Source of the DNA: a virus
Lineage: Duplodnaviria > Heunggongvirae > Uroviricota > Caudoviricetes
Length of the DNA: 6,131 nucleotides
Virus record (IMG/VR): IMGVR_UViG_2690316166_000019
Direction: 5' to 3' (one strand)
This document shows positions 1-6,131 of this stretch, in pieces (position 1 is the first letter of the stretch; each line of letters opens with the position of its first letter). The notes below the pieces were generated by a model that was not told the DNA's origin, did not search any database, and worked only from the letters and a program-made list of their open reading frames with translations. Both the position numbers and the translations under genes were made by a program.

Positions 1-16
1 GTTCAGGTGGCCAAAT

Positions 17-316
17 TCAGTGTGCCACTTCAAAATAGCAATTAACCATACCTGATAGATCATCTTCAATGTTATAGATTGTCTGGTTTACACCATCAAT
101 GATTAGTACTGTACCAATTGCCACGTTTGCGGTTATTAGATCGTCCTTTCTGATTGTTAGGTATGTTTCCACGCTTTCGATAAATCCACCTGCCGCCTCA
201 ATAGAAACGGGAAGTACTTCTACTATTCCTGTAAAAGTACTTCCCGTACAAGTTTGGATAGACTGACCGAAAGCATTTAGAAACGCATCACACTGCGTAT
301 CTTTAAATACTCTCAT
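17..316 (-). CDS. Head-tail joining / head completion protein, lambda gpFII-like (tentative)
   Basis: 99-aa ORF with ATG at 314-316, starting 13 nt after the capsid-gene stop, with an AAGGA Shine-Dalgarno. C-terminal half (GTVLIIDGVNQTIYNIEDDLSGMVNCYFEV) follows the pattern I recall for lambda FII (GDTLTIGEENFWVDRVSPDDGGSCHLWLGR). Size and position directly after the major capsid gene fit. Homology is from memory only. Confidence 0.5.
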   Translation of the reverse strand: MRVFKDTQCDAFLNAFGQSIQTCTGSTFTGIVEVLPVSIEAAGGFIESVETYLTIRKDDLITANVAIGTVLIIDGVNQTIYNIEDDLSGMVNCYFEVAH

Positions 317-323
317 TATCTAA

Positions 324-328
324 TCCTT
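324..328 (-). promoter_or_regulatory. Shine-Dalgarno (AAGGA) for the FII-like gene, adjacent to the capsid-gene stop
   Basis: Minus-strand mRNA reads TAA-TAAGGATTAGATA-ATG; AAGGA lies 7 nt upstream of the ATG at 316. Consistent with translational coupling. Confidence 0.5.
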
Positions 329-329
329 A

Positions 330-3823
<3,494 letters not shown>

Positions 3824-4095
3824 NNNNNNNNNNNNNNNNNNNNNNNNNNNNNNNNNNNNNNNNNNNNNNNNNNNNNNNNNNNNNNNNNNNNNNNNNNNNN
3901 NNNNNNNNNNNNNNNNNNNNNNNNNNNNNNNNNNNNNNNNNNNNNNNNNNNNNNNNNNNNNNNNNNNNNNNNNNNNNNNNNNNNNNNNNNNNNNNNNNNN
4001 NNNNNNNNNNNNNNNNNNNNNNNNNNNNNNNNNNNNNNNNNNNNNNNNNNNNNNNNNNNNNNNNNNNNNNNNNNNNNNNNNNNNNNNNNNNNNNN

Positions 4096-4192
4096 ATGAT
4101 TCACTTACAAGAGTCTTATTATTAATTGTTATTGAGTAATTAGCACCGCCTGCAATTTTATTAGCTATAACCTGATCAATTTCACTGATCAT
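4096..4192 (-). CDS. 5' end of a small head gene, possibly a lambda gpW-like head-tail joining protein; alternatively an extended portal N-terminus
   Basis: ATG at 4190-4192 followed by MISEIDQVIANKIAGGANYSITINNKTLVSES, then N-run. The helix then Gly-containing hairpin pattern loosely resembles lambda W ([24 protein letters not shown]). Its place between terminase and portal matches the lambda order A-W-B. Start-to-portal-stop span (~646 codons) exceeds a typical gpB-like portal, which favours a separate small gene, but the N-runs make this unresolvable. Confidence 0.35.
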
Positions 4193-4713
4193 CTGTTTTA
4201 ATTNNNNNNNNNNNNNNNNNNNNNNNNNNNNNNNNNNNNNNNNNNNNNNNNNNNNNNNNNNNNNNNNNNNNNNNNNNNNNNNNNNNNNNNNNNNNNNNNN
4301 NNNNNNNNNNNNNNNNNNNNNNNNNNNNNNNNNNNNNNNNNNNNNNNNNNNNNNNNNNNNNNNNNNNNNNNNNNNNNNNNNNNNNNNNNNNNNNNNNNNN
4401 NNNNNNNNNNNNNNNNNNNNNNNNNNNNNNNNNNNNNNNNNNNNNNNNNNNNNNNNNNNNNNNNNNNNNNNNNNNNNNNNNNNNNNNNNNNNNNNNNNNN
4501 NNNNNNNNNNNNNNNNNNNNNNNNNNNNNNNNNNNNNNNNNNNNNNNNNNNNNNNNNNNNNNNNNNNNNNNNNNNNNNNNNNNNNNNNNNNNNNNNNNNN
4601 NNNNNNNNNNNNNNNNNNNNNNNNNNNNNNNNNNNNNNNNNNNNNNNNNNNNNNNNNNNNNNNNNNNNNNNNNNNNNNNNNNNNNNNNNNNNNNNNNNNN
4701 NNNNNNNNNNNTG

Positions 4714-6097
<1,384 letters not shown>

Positions 6098-6131
6098 CTA
6101 GACTGGCCCCCTGAATCTCCAGACAACCAGT
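6098..6131 (+). mobile_element. Terminal inverted repeat of an IS2-like (IS3-family) insertion sequence, left end, body extending beyond the window
   Basis: 6098-6131 reads TAGACTGGCCCCCTGAATCTCCAGACAACCAGT, which matches the IS2 left end as I remember it (TAGACTGGCCCCCTGAATCTCCAGACAACCAAT...) at about 32 of 33 positions. GC content jumps to ~55% against a much more AT-rich background. The TAG at 6098-6100 is the in-frame stop that ends the terminase reading frame on the minus strand. Confidence 0.6.

Overview
The window is the head-morphogenesis / DNA-packaging module of a lambdoid-type tailed phage or prophage, AT-rich (roughly 35-40% GC by eye), with every gene on the minus strand. Reading 5'->3' on the minus strand (high to low coordinates): a lambda gpA-like large terminase (6097->4714, truncated at both ends), a short gpW-like ORF start (4192->4096), a lambda gpB-like portal (C-terminal part 2865->2255), a single fused gene for HK97-type prohead protease + acidic scaffold/delta domain + HK97-fold major capsid protein (2307->330), and a lambda gpFII-like head-tail joining protein (316->17). 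About 30% of the window is N-runs. The two shortest runs are scaffolding artifacts with duplicated flanks (59 bp and 8 bp); collapsing them restores continuous reading frames, so several ORF-track stops are not real. The last 34 bases (6098-6131) differ sharply in composition and match, from memory, the terminal inverted repeat of IS2; they cut the terminase frame exactly at the junction. All homology statements are from reading the translations against remembered lambda/HK97 proteins, not from a search. No tRNA, rRNA or CRISPR was seen.
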